Positions 42,643 through 56,743 of a stretch of 64,000 nucleotides of DNA are shown here, one piece after another. Numbering within the stretch: position 1 is the stretch's first letter; the number at the start of each line of letters is the position of its first letter. Source of the stretch: Nageia nagi (lineage: Eukaryota > Plantae > Pinophyta); contig JBITNC010000001.1 in assembly GCA_050084985.1 (NCBI GenBank), positions 189,038,001 to 189,102,000 on the forward strand. Direction: 5' to 3'. The translations under genes were made by a program, and so were the position numbers. The notes under the pieces are model-generated. The model was not told where the DNA came from and did no database searches. It saw only the letters and a program-made list of their open reading frames with translations.

Positions 42643-44540
42643 AAATATAAGAGCATGAATTACTTTTTCAACCATGCATTTGGTTGTAGTAGATAAGTAA
42701 AAGCTTCATGAAGAGACCACACAAGAATAAATAATTTTCAAAAGATCTTAAAGATTTTTCCAACAATATTTGATTGCATAGTTGTAACCATTATGAAGTT
42801 TATAGATTAATAAATATTGATTTGTTGAAGATGTTGTGGATTATTTACAAACACATAAGAAAATATTGAAAATAATGGCTAGTCCCTCTCTTGAATATGA
42901 ATTTAAATATCAAATATATTTCAAAGAAAAAGAGAAAGTATTGTAGGGTAACCATCTACTATTTAATAATATAATATAATTCTTAGTTATTCAAGGATGG
43001 AAAAAAATAGTAATTGAAGCCATTCTATGGTTGAATATGTCTACAAATTTAGAAACTAATATTTTCATCAAAACTCAAAGCCTAAAATTTATAAATATTG
43101 AATAAATAAATATCACAACATAATTTTATATCCTTTCATTAATTTCATTGAGGGTCCTCTTACTTTTTGTTTTTCTACATGGAAATAGAATTAATATATT
43201 GATTGTTTTTCCTCTTATGTAGAATTATTTTCTCTATACCCTCCTCAAAATAAATTTTGATCAATAGTAATCCTTGAAAATGAGATATCACTTTATAGTA
43301 ATACTCATTTCTAGTAACTATGTTAGTTACAACTACCATATTTTGATCCTTTTTACAAATTGGATAGGCTTGTATCATACTTAAAATATAGATACTAAGG
43401 TAGATGAAGTATATTATATTATATCCATATGTTAGATTATAGTTTGGCTCATATTGACAACTAAGGATATGTATACCTAATGTTTATTCATAAGATTAAT
43501 GCTATTTGACCATATGGATATCCTACACGATGAAAGTAGCTATAATTTGAATGTAATATTTCTAAATATTTTAAAATTATTAGGATTCAATATTTTAAGT
43601 AATAGAATTATTCTTATTCATTGGATAGTATTGGAAAGCTTAATTAAAAAGATGAATCAAAATAAATATTGAAAGAATAAATTATGGCATATCCTAAAAA
43701 GATGAAATAATATAATATTAGGATACATTTGATAGTCCAAACATATGGAGAAATTTGTATAATTTATAAAAGAATCAAAGTAGTAGCAAAAAATAAATTG
43801 TATTCATATTATTAAAAAAATATTTAATATTTTATACAAATATATAATAAGAAGTTTTTTCACAAACTACATCAAATGATGTGTGGCTAGGCCAGGAACT
43901 AATATTATGGAATTACATATGTATATAAGATAATATGAGAGCCTTTAATTAATTAAATATAAGAGTATGAATAACATTTTTAATCATACAATATATGTAG
44001 TTGATAATTCAAAGACTCGGGAAGAGATCACTCAAGAATAAAGAACTATTGAGAAGATCTTAAAGAGTTTAACAAGAAGATTTGACTACATAGTTGTATA
44101 CATTAAGGTGTCTATGAATTTATTAATAATGATAATTGAAAAGTTTATCAATTCTTTACAAACACATAAAAAAAGGTTGAAAATAACAATTAGTCTATCT
44201 TAAACATGCATTTAAAGTATAAATGTATTTAAAATTTAAAAAAAAAAGGAAAATTATTGTAGAGTACCCATATACTATTTAATAAAGTATTGTATTTCTT
44301 CATAGTTTAGAGATGGTAAAAATAATGATTGCATCCTTTATAATGTTAAGGATTCTATAAGTTTAGAAACTATAATTTTCACTAAAATTATAAACCTAAA
44401 ATTTAGAAATATTCAATAAAAATATCACAACATAATTTTATATCAATTTCATAGAGTGTCCTCTTATTCTTCATTTTTCCAAATGGTTATGAAATTGGTT
44501 ATATTGATCCTCCTTGCTCCTATACTGAATTATTTTCATT
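42643..44540. repeat. Old ~1.3 kb tandem duplication with copia gag remnant (plus strand)
   Basis: 42645-43250 aligns with 43957-44540. GEEITQE..IEKILKSLTRRFDYIV-like gag (UBN2-type) peptide at ~44020-44100. Confidence 0.78.
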
Positions 44541-46604
44541 ATAATCTCCTATATGGTAATTTGTATTCACCATTTTCTATTGTTGAACACTTCCTTTGCT
44601 AATTCCTTCCATTTTATTTTTTTGCTCTAAATCATATTTGGTACATATCGATGATTATCTTATAAACTACTTTTTCAAAATATTTTACCATCATTTTTTT
44701 AGGAAATAGAAAATGATGATTGAAGTAATAAATGTGGTTTAAAAGTAACCAAGATTATCATTATGCTGCTCCTTTTCAATGTTCATGTTAAAATTCAATT
44801 TATTTGTATAAAATTAGTGATGTTTTTTTTTTTCCCATTAGAGAGATCAAGGTTTTGGGTTAGATTTTTTTTTGTATAGTAAGAAGGGGATTTTGAAAGG
44901 GGCATAGAACTTATTTAAAAAGTACCCCTTTAAGATAAAATAATGGTAGATACTAACAAGCTTAAAAGAAAAACACAATATAACTTAATTTACATTATTA
45001 GTAAGATAAAAAAAATTAAGTTTTTACGACTACATATAACTAGTAGAAATTGTAGAGAATAATATTTAGAAATTAGTAAAAATATATGAAGCCTAGTAAA
45101 AACACATACCTCAAATATTGTATTTAGATAGGGGTTTGTAGCCATATTTGGTCAAGTAGTTACCATCTTTACAAAGGTTCCAAAATATAGAAGCTTCTTT
45201 TAGAACTTGAGAGATGATAGTTATCCACTTATTCATTATGCCATTTAAAATCCTATTGTATAAATGGGTTCTTTAAATATTTAGGTAAATGTTGCCAACT
45301 CCTCTTATTATAATAAAAATATAATATACATGTAATTTAAATAAAATATAAATAAATTATTTAAGCATGGAATGAGTGGTATTTTTCAATTAAATATCTT
45401 AGTTTTATATTATTTCCATTTTTCCTTTTATTTTTTTATAATAATTTCAACGCATGTTGCACCTTTTTGGTCTTTCTTACTAAATACTTTATGGTACATT
45501 TGGATCATATCATACAAGATTTATGAAACTATTCAGAATATTGAATATATCTACCTAATTGATTTGGATATAAGTGAACGTGGAAGCAATTGAGGTATTG
45601 GCGAGTATCAAGATGGAAAAAGATGAAGAGGAGAAAGCACTAGGGGAAGAAGGATAGAAGGATGAAAGTGAACAAGGAGAAACCCATACTGAGAAACATA
45701 ATATGTTCTAGCTAGTTTATTTAGTTACCAATTATAACTATATAGAACTAGATGTAAAGCAAGTGGTAGATGTAGTATTTTCCTTGATAGTAGTTAACTT
45801 CACAACAGTAATATAAGGATCTATATTATATCATTTTGGCTATCAAGTTGGTACACCTAGGCAACAACAGATAGATATGCCTTTTTGTTCCATGCTATAG
45901 GGACCAATTAAAACCTCCACTTTATACTTGATAAAAAAAATGCAATTAATTAGTATGCAAGAATTAATGAAGAGTATAAGAGGCTAGAAGTGTTAAATAC
46001 ATATAGCTTATTAATATACATCTCATATATCTAAATAATACATTGTGAAAGGTGAATGATTACCATCATTATACCAATAATTGAAAAAAATCTTTATTTA
46101 ATTATAATGTATTTAAGAATATTCAAACATGATAATATTTGTCATACCCCATTATTGTATCCATAACAATGTGAACTCGTACAAGGTACAAGATAACCTT
46201 TTTTTTTAGTGTGCACATTTTGTTGTTGATTATTGAGAATTCAATATTTTATTATAATTCTGATTCTAACATTATATTGATAAAAAATAAATTCAATTCT
46301 CTTATGTATAGAATAAAAAAAATTGCGTTATACTCCATAAAAATTTAAAATCATTCATATATCAATTACTCATTATGTACAAGAAATAGAATACGTTAAT
46401 GTATGAGTATAATTAAATCAATATTTAACATGTGTTTATACTAAATACATAGATTGATATGATAGTTAAGAATAATATAGTATAAATACATAAAAATATT
46501 AGCAACATAAATGAAGAAAGAAAGAAAAATTAACACTAACACCACATAGGTGCCACAAATATTGATTTCTTAAATGAGCATACTGTACATGAAGAGATAA
46601 TGTG

Positions 46605-47150
46605 TTTTTTTTTAATGGCTAATTTGGGCATCCATTTTATTGAATAGGATGGGATATCTCAACAATAGGAAATACTATTCAAGAGTGCAACTCTAGCCAA
46701 AATAAGAACATTAAATAAATGGCCTATTTTATGATCCAAAACTATTAGAGCTCTATCTAAGTCTTCAAATGTTGTGTTGATTTTAGAGAGTTCAAGAGGA
46801 ATTTACAACTTGGAGTTATAATTGAGTTGAATATTGAGGTTTTCAAGTGCAACATATTCCATCCCTAACTCAATCAACAACCACCTTTTAGACTTCTAGC
46901 TTCCCACTTCAACTTCCTTCTTTAGCTTGTGTTGTATATTTAGGAAGAGATACAAATAAAGGTGGCATTTGAAGAGGGTTGATGAGAAACAAAGCCACTA
47001 GAGTAGAATGAACTAGGGTGGGAATTTACTTAGCATGTGTAATGACCATGAAAGCTTCTAATATGTCTTTTCATGAATATGAAGTCTATCATCAAGCTAT
47101 GATTATCTTCTTAAGAGATGAAATGATTACAAGGTCCCCATGAGTTGTAT
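46605..47150 (-). pseudogene. Possible LINE 3' end (RNase H-like remnant and poly(A))
   Basis: T-run at 46605-46613 and a weak LIELGMEYVALE peptide. Heavily decayed. Confidence 0.25.
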
Positions 47151-48134
47151 TTAGTAGTAATGGTATCTTTTAAATAGTATTATATGTATTTTCTTTCATC
47201 TAATTGTAATTGTATCATTTTAAATCATATCATAATTTTTATGCAAAATGTTATTTTACTATTTCATATGTATAAAGAATTTATTTCAATTATTATTTTT
47301 TATTCTAACTTTATGTTTATTGGTAAGAACCTAAAAATAGATTCAAAAATATTTGTAGTACATTTTAATTTTTTTAAGATTCAAAATTTAAGGTATAATT
47401 TCAAGGTTAAATAATCATTCTTAATTTTTTTATGTACAATTAATATGATTTTCTATTATTATCCTTTCAGTTCTTTTCTTATAGTTTAATATTAATCAAT
47501 TAAAATCCATAATGTGGGTAGCATAAAACTTAGAGGTAAAAAATATATCTAAAATATTACTTTATTTTAATGAATTTATTATTATTATAATAATGTTATA
47601 TAGTATAATCATCCAATGAGATATAATCCCTTAATTCTTAAATCTTCATAAAAATTATGAATTAAAACAAGCTAAGTCACACTTTTCTAAATCTTGGCTA
47701 GATCATAATTTTTCTTTTTGTTGTGAGGTGTTTTTGTTGATTGAACTAAATTTTAATCTTTGGAATTCATAAATTTCTCCAATGTTGCAAGCTTTCTAAT
47801 TCTTTGAGAGTCACTTCACCTCTTGAATAATTGTAAAATATTCTTCCTTTTAGATAATTGACCCCCTCTTTTCACTTCAAATCGCTTTTCAAATGATTCT
47901 CATTTTAGGTGTTTATATCCTTTTGATGATATCAAAATAATAATGGTTGTGGTTGAAGTTGTTGAGATTTAAATATTATGTCAAGTTACTCCTTGGGCTT
48001 ATAGTGAGTGATTAATACAAAATACCTCATATCCCCAAGTTGTAACTTCACATGGTCTTTTTTATCCACCTCCCTAGTTCATAGGTTGCATATTTGTTGT
48101 CGGATGAAATCAATAAACATTAAAAATATAACTT

Positions 48135-48472
48135 ATCCCTTGAGAAACTAAATACTCTACATCATTGGTCACACATTTAATATTGGAATGAAAATAACAA
48201 ACATCCAAAATATGGATTCTTCCTTGATAATCTAAATACTTTAAGTCATAGGTCACACATTTATTATGAGATGAAAATAGTAAACACCAAGAATGAAAAT
48301 TACCCCTTAATAAGCTAAATAATCTAAGTTGTAGGTAGAATATTTTTTATGGGATGAAAAGAGAAAACATAAAAAAAAAAATGTAATTTCCCCCTCGATA
48401 AGGTAAACACTCTAAGTCATATGTCACACATTTTTTATGGGATGAAAATAAAAACCATAAAAAATGTGTTTC
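48135..48472. repeat. Minisatellite, 4 diverged copies of ~83-89 bp
   Basis: Recurring cccttgataagctaaatactctaagtcataggtcacacattt...atgggatgaaaata. Confidence 0.85.
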
Positions 48473-50629
48473 CTACTATTCCATATAAAAAATATCATTT
48501 ATCTTTCTTTAGACTATGCACTTCTAGGCTTCTTCCTTTATCTTCATCCTAGTCATTGTTAATATATACTATATAAAATATAGATTGAGTAAAGTAATTT
48601 ATAATACTTTGCAAAAGAATTAACCAAGTAAATCAATCACACATAAGAGAAGAGATAAATATGTAGCAAGGTTCACTTAGGGTAGGCTACATTCATGGAG
48701 AATATTCAATATCTTGAATTAATAAATCTAAACCACTAAAAGTAAATAACCAATAGACAAATTATTGTACCTTCCTCTTTGATTTATAATAATTTCTCAC
48801 CTATAATAATCTCTTAATAAGAATTCACTCTCCTCTTCTTATTACTTACATATAAATAATGAATATACCTATCACAATGCTATCATGCTACTAAATTTCA
48901 TATACATTTATAGATTTATACAATTCCATTTTTGTACTCAACTAGAGTAAATTTATAATTATATAATTTTTTGCCCCATGTAACCTTTAGTTCTTAAGCT
49001 TATCATAGTTAAATACCAAGTTTCATAACCCAAAAATAAGTGCTTGCATCTTTATTTTATTATCAACCATGTTTAGAATGATTGGGTTGTCGATATTGAC
49101 TCACCCAGTTGATGGTAATAAATCGTAGGATTGGTTGGTATACTGGCATGATAAGTATCCTATACAATAATTGGACTTATTGATTGATCCCATACCTATT
49201 GATTGGTATTGAAAATCAATCATGTTCATGTTGACTACCTCCCTTTGATTTGTAAACTCTAGTAGCCTATGGTATTCATGGAATCATCACATCCATATTC
49301 ATTCATTTAATTGTTTATTCACCCTTTGCTCTATAAACTCTAGTAGCCTATTGTATTGATGGAATCATCACATCCATATTCATTCATTTAATTTTTTATT
49401 CATATATTGGTCACTATGTGTGACTTTGTGACTTTATACTCTTAATTATCTAAAATGTAATGATTGATTCTTTAATCTTTTGGAAATACAACATTCATTA
49501 ACATTTAAGATAAGGACATAAATAATGTAGGAATATAGAAATTCAAATTGATATTTTTGCCAAGAAATTAAAATTAATTAGGATTTTGGGTGGGTGTAAG
49601 AAGTTGAGTCCCAATTTGGAGGAACTCAATGTAAGTTAGTTTTTTCTAATACGAGCCTAAGATTCCAATTAGTCTAAGGATATCGACCTTGATCGGGATC
49701 TTGGGACCCAAGATCCCAAAGATCGATATCTCAAGGTTTAGGATCCTAGGGATTGCATATTAACCATCATGGCTTTCCTCCCAAGAAATTACACCTCATT
49801 TTCACCTACACTACAATGACTTCCATAGTTTCATGAGTCACGATCTCGATCCTTGGAGTGTCAGTTTACCCTCCAACTTGTCCCCATTGTGACTGACATC
49901 ATTTTCCCTTAAAGGTATGCCCTAGAATCTCTCACTTGGTTTCTTTTTAGTAAAAAATGGTTATTTTTATTTAGATTAAGGGTTTGGGTAAAAAATGAGT
50001 TTTTTTCTAATTTAGGGGTTTTTTTGGGTCAAAATTAATGTTTTTATTTAAACTAGGGGTTTTAGGGGTTTACTTCCCATAAATGATGATTATTCTTTGG
50101 TTTATTGGGTTTAGATTAATTTAAAAATAATAAATTATGTTATATTATTAATTTTTAAAAAATTAGATATTATATTAGAAATAAAGCTTTTTGATATTGT
50201 ACATGTAACATTATGTGTTATATTTTTCATATGATAATAAATAAGTAACATGCAAACAAAGATCACATTTAACATTCTAAAATATATTTTTATGACCTAA
50301 AAAACTATTAGAGTTCTTTACTAGGATTTGTATGGCTATATAAATTGTTAAAACATTTATGCCATTCTCATACATATGCAAAAATCATTATAACATTTCA
50401 TCATATTAGGTTGAAAAATATTATATATTGAAATTTTAATCTATGGGCTAGATTCACCATGGTTTTCTTAGATTCTTGCAAGAAAGTCAATTGATTTTGG
50501 ACATGTGAAACATAAATAATAATAAATCAAATGATATTTAGTAAATATTAAAACTAATTATAATTATTCAAAAATAACATCCAAATTTAGGAAGTAAAGC
50601 ATAACAAATCAAGAAACTCTCAAGCACTC

Positions 50630-51080
<451 letters not shown>

Positions 51081-52309
51081 TTAAGAAATATTACTTAGAA
51101 ATGAATGATAAATGAGGAGTTTCAAAAATATATTGATATATTATCCAATAACCTAATAACATCGTATGAGATGAAGGATGGAAAAATAAGTGAATTATTC
51201 AGGATGCAAACCAATATAGTGACATTGTGATAAAATGATCGATGGATAAAACATAACTATAAGGCTTAGAATATAATTCAATATAATAATGTTACACAAA
51301 ATGGTCAAGAGAAATGAAGTAAATTTGATGGGATTAAAAAAAATCTTTCTTCGCCTCTTATTGCCTTGGTTCATTAATGGTGAGCATCCAACATCAAGGA
51401 AATCAAGTGGGAGGTAAATGGATGAGGAGATTAATTTAAATGCTTAAAAAAGGATTAGGTCAATGAAAATGAAATGTAGGATGGAAGGGTAGGCACATGA
51501 TTAGATTGAATTTAATACCAAATGTTGTGTTAAATGATAATTTTGATTTGAATTTATTATTTAAGGTCATATGAAATGTATCTTTTAATATAATATTATT
51601 TGTTACATTTAATATTAATGTTGATTTTAATATGAAATTAAATAACAATGTTAGGTTTGGTATGTTTTTTATTGTTATAGTGGTATATGGTGCTTGCATG
51701 GTGGTTTGGTTGACTTGACATGTATTCATGGAGATAATTCATTCAAGAAAGTTATTAAAACTCTAGAATTTAAAATGGAATTTAAGAAATGGGAATCTCC
51801 CAAAGGTTAATAATTGTATGTGGTTAGTATTATACAATAATATTCTTAAATAGGATAAACAATAGAGAAGAGGATTTGAATATCTTAATTGGTGTATGGA
51901 TATGCAACTAAAAGGAATAATTGATTGATCACCAACATGGAATATGTAAAGTAAGTTAGAAAGTTAGGAATTAGTTTATGGAAAATAAAAACTCATAACA
52001 AACAAACAACTTATAAAACATCATAAAGATTAGACTTGCAATAATATGTTGGATGTTTTGATTAAAATAAAATCAAAGGATATTTGAAGGAAAAAAATAA
52101 ATAAATAAGTTAAATTTGATATTCAATGCAATAATATCCCATGAAAAACCTTAATTCAAGATAGAATCTATCCATCTAGTTAAGTCTCTTGAACTTTAAG
52201 AAAGTTAAAGTTGTCATTGATTTCCTCCTTGGTCCTTAATCTACTTTAAATGATAGAATTATCCACCTCTATATCCTAGTTGAAGTAATCAATTTTGAAG
52301 AGCAATACC

Positions 52310-52840
52310 ATAAAAGATTCCTCATTAGAAAATTTATAGGTGGAAAATCAAACTTAAAAAGTTAGTTCAAGCTTAAACAAATTTGTCTAAAATGGAAAAT
52401 AAAAGGAAAACTTGATATTACTATACTAACAAAAGATTTTTTATTCATAAAATTCAAATATGTTATCAAATAAATGCTTCAAAATAATTCTTAGTTGTGC
52501 AAAAAAAAATGATTATACTTATAAAATAGTACAAAGGATTTTGTTTATAAAAACAAATAGGCACTACCCCAATATGGATTCAACTTGCCAAAATCCTAAT
52601 TGAATTTTGGAATATCAATAAAACTATATGAATAAATAAATCCATAAGAACAATAATAAAAATTAATTGTACAATAGTAAATAAATATCAATTACTCATA
52701 GCCTACTTCTATATAAACCTCAATCTCATTCAGGATCTTTTCCAGAAAATCATCCTAGACTCATCTGTTGGAGCATAAGATTCGAAGATTAATTATGAAC
52801 ACCTAATACCTAAATACATATAAGTTTATGAAATCATTAG
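52310..52840 (+). pseudogene. L1 LINE ORF1 relic (DUF4283-type)
   Basis: KFIGGKSN...KWKIKGKLDITILTKDFLFIKF and TPIWIQLAKILIEFWN (cf. PVWVRLPxLPLEFW). Confidence 0.7.
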
Positions 52841-53130
52841 ACATGAAAACAAAAAATTCTTAGAAAAATAAAAAAATATACCACCTTAAATTAATCCAAA
52901 AAACACTAATAATAATAAAAATATAGCTTTGTTATTGTTTCATACATTGCATGTTTAAAATATTTAAACTAAATTACATCAATGTTCAGTGAATATTTTA
53001 TTATTAGTTCAATTTAATATTTTCTAGATTTGAACTAGATTGTTAAGACTTATAGATCTTAAAATTTAATGTATTTATATTTATTCTTCTTATTATTAAT
53101 TCATGCAAGTGACCTTTTGTATATATTTCC

Positions 53131-54748
53131 ATGGATCCATCACAAAATAGCCCACCTCTTTCCCATGAACCTCAAGACCCCCCATTACTTGAGATGCTCA
53201 CTTGAGAGAAAATATAGTTGAGAACATCACCTCTATCTAGGGTAGGATTTAGGAGATACTGTAGCATAGGGTTATCCCCCCACCTTACTTGGTTTGCAAC
53301 TTTAATGCAAACTATAGTTGATATAGTTGCATCCATATATTAGACCATAGGTGATTTCCAATCACATAGAGAGGAGAGGAGGAGGTATTACAATGATGGC
53401 CTATCTCAAATATGGATTGATGAGACTTATTGCATTACAAAAGGGGATTTAGGTCAATATTTTAGGAATCCTAAAATTGGAGAACCAAATGGCACCCACC
53501 CAAAAGAGAATTTCTATTTTTTGGTGTAGGCATGAAGGGATCACTACATATTTTTTGGACCAATGGCTAATGGTCTTTGATCATCCACCATATAGTGGTG
53601 GAAGTGATGTACCCTTTTATTTAATTATTTTTTTATAGGTGGATTTTGTTATTGGGAAAAAGCCCAATTATTTTGATATTCATGAATTTCATGGTGTTGG
53701 TATGGGTAGTCAACAGTAGAGGTTAGGGGCATGACTTGATCCTAGATGACTTGCTCATGCTGAATCTCTTATTAGTCCTCTTAGAGATTCTATACCTACA
53801 CATTTCCATCATACAACCATGGTTTCATCTCTTGTATTATTGAGTTAGCTTACAAGGAACCTCACTGAACAAGTTACCAATGTGGTAGCTAATTTCACTA
53901 AGGTTAGAGGTGATAGCTCAAGACCTAGTGGAGTTAGAGGGACTAGAAGCTCACTTGGGATATCTTCACTTCATAGATGTAGTGCTTTTCATGTGATTTA
54001 TCATGGATCATCCACACCATCATAGTCAAGATGATTTATGCATTTGTTATTTAGTGATATTGAGCATGAGGCATATAGGCATGGATCTGCATATTTAGGT
54101 GATAGAGGTCAACATATTGATTCCCTTGGTAGATAGATACATGAGACACCTTTCAAACTATCCATGGTATGTATTAAATAATGTTTACAAGTTCACATGT
54201 CTATAAATTAAATTGTAAAATTTTAATAATTTGAATGTTTAAATATATGTACTTGCAGGTTGACCATGACACATTTATGGTTCAAGATATGTTTGTTGAT
54301 ATCGCTTTTACAAGCGAGGTGCATGGCTCACATTTGTAGTCTACAATGGTTGATCCTTCAACCTCTTAGCATCCATCCATGGTAATTTATAATGCATAAT
54401 TTTTTTGATTAATTTTTTGATATAGATGTGGTTAAATAAATTTATAATGATTAAGTTTAACTTTTTTAAGTATCTTTTGATCTCTTATAGAGCTTGGTTG
54501 ATACCATTTTTTCTTAGGAGGTGCATGACTCATCAGAGTAGCCTATAATGATTATGCCTTTAGTTTCTCATGAGGTGTATGACTCATCAAAGAGGTCTAC
54601 AATGGTTTACCCTTCATATTATAATTTATAATTATTTAAGTTGTACTAACTCTAAGTTTTTTTTGTATAGTGTGAGACAGTTCCACATGATACATCACAT
54701 GGAATGAAAAGGAGTCTAGATTATGACCCCTCACCTAGTTAGGACTAG
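53131..54748 (+). pseudogene. Second, spliced gene of the Sola2-like element; unknown protein
   Basis: ATG at 53131. Reading frame broken by TAG/TGA stops and frameshifts: HREERRRYYNDGL..., WLMVFDHPPYSGGSDVPFY...DFVIGKKPNYFDIHEFHGVG. GT-AG introns at 54167-54258 and 54382-54490, further acceptor at 54670. Confidence 0.62.
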
Positions 54749-54986
54749 TTTTAAAGATATATAGACATAGGTGGATGGATTTATAGATGTCCATTTTTTC
54801 TTATAAGTACATTTGGACTAGATCATAAACTATATGTATTTTCTTATTATTTTGATACAAGTACATGTTGTCATGAATGTGTGTATGCCTAGTTTGGATT
54901 AGAACTAATATACATGTATTTATATTTTTATGTAGACATTTATGTATGTTGATATATATATACATATACATACACACACACATGTG

Positions 54987-55019
<33 letters not shown>

Positions 55020-55740
55020 GTTGATGGATTGATGCCTAGTGAACTAGCATAGATGTTTAATTTATGTATGAGATTAAAATTTATATTTTTTTAATATTTG
55101 GATGTAATTATTATCAAAGTTCATGGCTTACATGTGCATTCTACAATGGTCAATCCTTCAACCTCTCAACATCCATACATAATTTATAATGCTTTTTTTT
55201 TATTAATTTTTTGATATAGATGTGGTTAAATAAATTTATAATGATTAAGTTTAACTTTTTTAATTTTCTTTTGATCTCTTATAGAGCTTGGTTGACACCA
55301 TTTTTTTCTCAAGAGGTGCATGACTAGTTTCTCATGAGGTGTATGACTCATCAAAGTGGCCTACAATGGTTGAAGCTTCATATGATAATTTATAATAATT
55401 AAGTTGAACTAACTCTAAGTTTTTTTTTTTTTTGTACAATGTGAGATAGTTCCACGTGATACATCACGTGGAATGAAGAGGAGTCTATACTATGACCTTT
55501 CACCTAGTCAGGACTAGTTCGATAGATAGATAGATATAGGTGGATGGATTTATAGATGTCCATTTTTATTTTATGAGTACATTTGGACTAGATCATATAC
55601 TATATGTATGTTCTTATTATTTTGATACTAGTACATATTATTGTGCACATGTGTATGCCTAGTTTAGATTAGGACTAATATACATGTATTTATATTTTGA
55701 TATAGATATTTATGTATGTTGATATATATATATATATAGA
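54320..55740. repeat. ~800 bp-period tandem duplication of the 3' exons and 3' region of the second gene
   Basis: 54325-54962 aligns with 55125-55737; (TA)/(CA) microsatellite at the junction. Confidence 0.92.
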
Positions 55741-55907
55741 TTAGCATAGATGTTTAAATTATTGAAGAGATTAAAATTTATATTTTTGTTTATATTTGGA
55801 TGTAATTATTAAAGGTGGATTAGGCAATGTACAACTTACTTTTAATTTAATGTGAACATACAACTTAAAGGTGGATTAATATTCATAAAACCTTAATGAA
55901 TTGAGAT

Positions 55908-56390
55908 AAAACATGTAACAAAATACTCCTAAACACATTCATACAACCTTAATGTTCAATAAACATGGATGTACTCATTCAAAACATTTAAACACATGTG
56001 AACATAATGAACTTAAGGTAAAGCATGTAACAAAATACTACTTAAAAACATTCTTTCACAATGATGTCCTAAAAAGAGTCCTAATAATCTATAAAATTAC
56101 TACTATCCCAAAATGTTCATCTAAGTTTAATCATGGCCTAATACATATGTATGATAAAAATTATTTTCATCCAAATTTAGTTAGCACTTAGTCACCCATG
56201 AATAGAAACTTCATAAAGCTAACTTATTCGATCATTTAAATAAGGTAGGTACCCCACTACCAATTTCAAGCATGTAACAAAATACTCCTAAAAATATTCT
56301 CTCACAATGATATCCTAAAAAGAGTCCTAATAATCTATAAAATCACTACTATCCCAAATTGTTCATGTAAGTTAAATCATAGCCTAATTT
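55908..56390. repeat. Direct repeats of ~125 bp (two full copies, one partial) between the convergent genes
   Basis: aagcatgtaacaaaatact...aaaaagagtcctaataatctataaaat at 56021 and 56268; partial at 55910. Confidence 0.88.
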
Positions 56391-56451
56391 ATATATTTAA
56401 AGGTGTACTTCCTCATGTCACAAATAAATAATTATCCCACATGTCATAAAT

Positions 56452-56489
<38 letters not shown>

Positions 56490-56743
56490 ATATCATTATA
56501 ATATGGCCTTAAATGAAATATCATCATGTAATATATAAAAGTCATAAATATATCATATTAAATATCTTTTAGGTACAAATCCTAAATCATAGGTGGTATC
56601 AAGAGACACCATTTAATGATTCAAAATAGTGATGTACTTATGCAATTCCTCTCCTTACAACTGTCAACAAAATATGCAAGGGAATGTGAGTGAAATATAT
56701 ATATAACATAATTCCATTTAATTTAAAATCTTACCTTTATATT

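Noticed and set aside
44560-47600. Host gene exons in AT-rich short ORFs (45372, 47184)
   Set aside because: Low-complexity Phe/Ile-rich frames with no recognisable domain or consistent splice structure.
48135-48472. CRISPR-like array
   Set aside because: Whole units are homologous with no unique spacers, there are no cas genes, and the context is eukaryotic.
49975-50070. Interstitial telomere
   Set aside because: Only scattered, imperfect TTTAGGG-like motifs, no tandem array.
54801-55007. ORF starting MCVCVCV
   Set aside because: Microsatellite-derived, inside a duplicated non-coding region.
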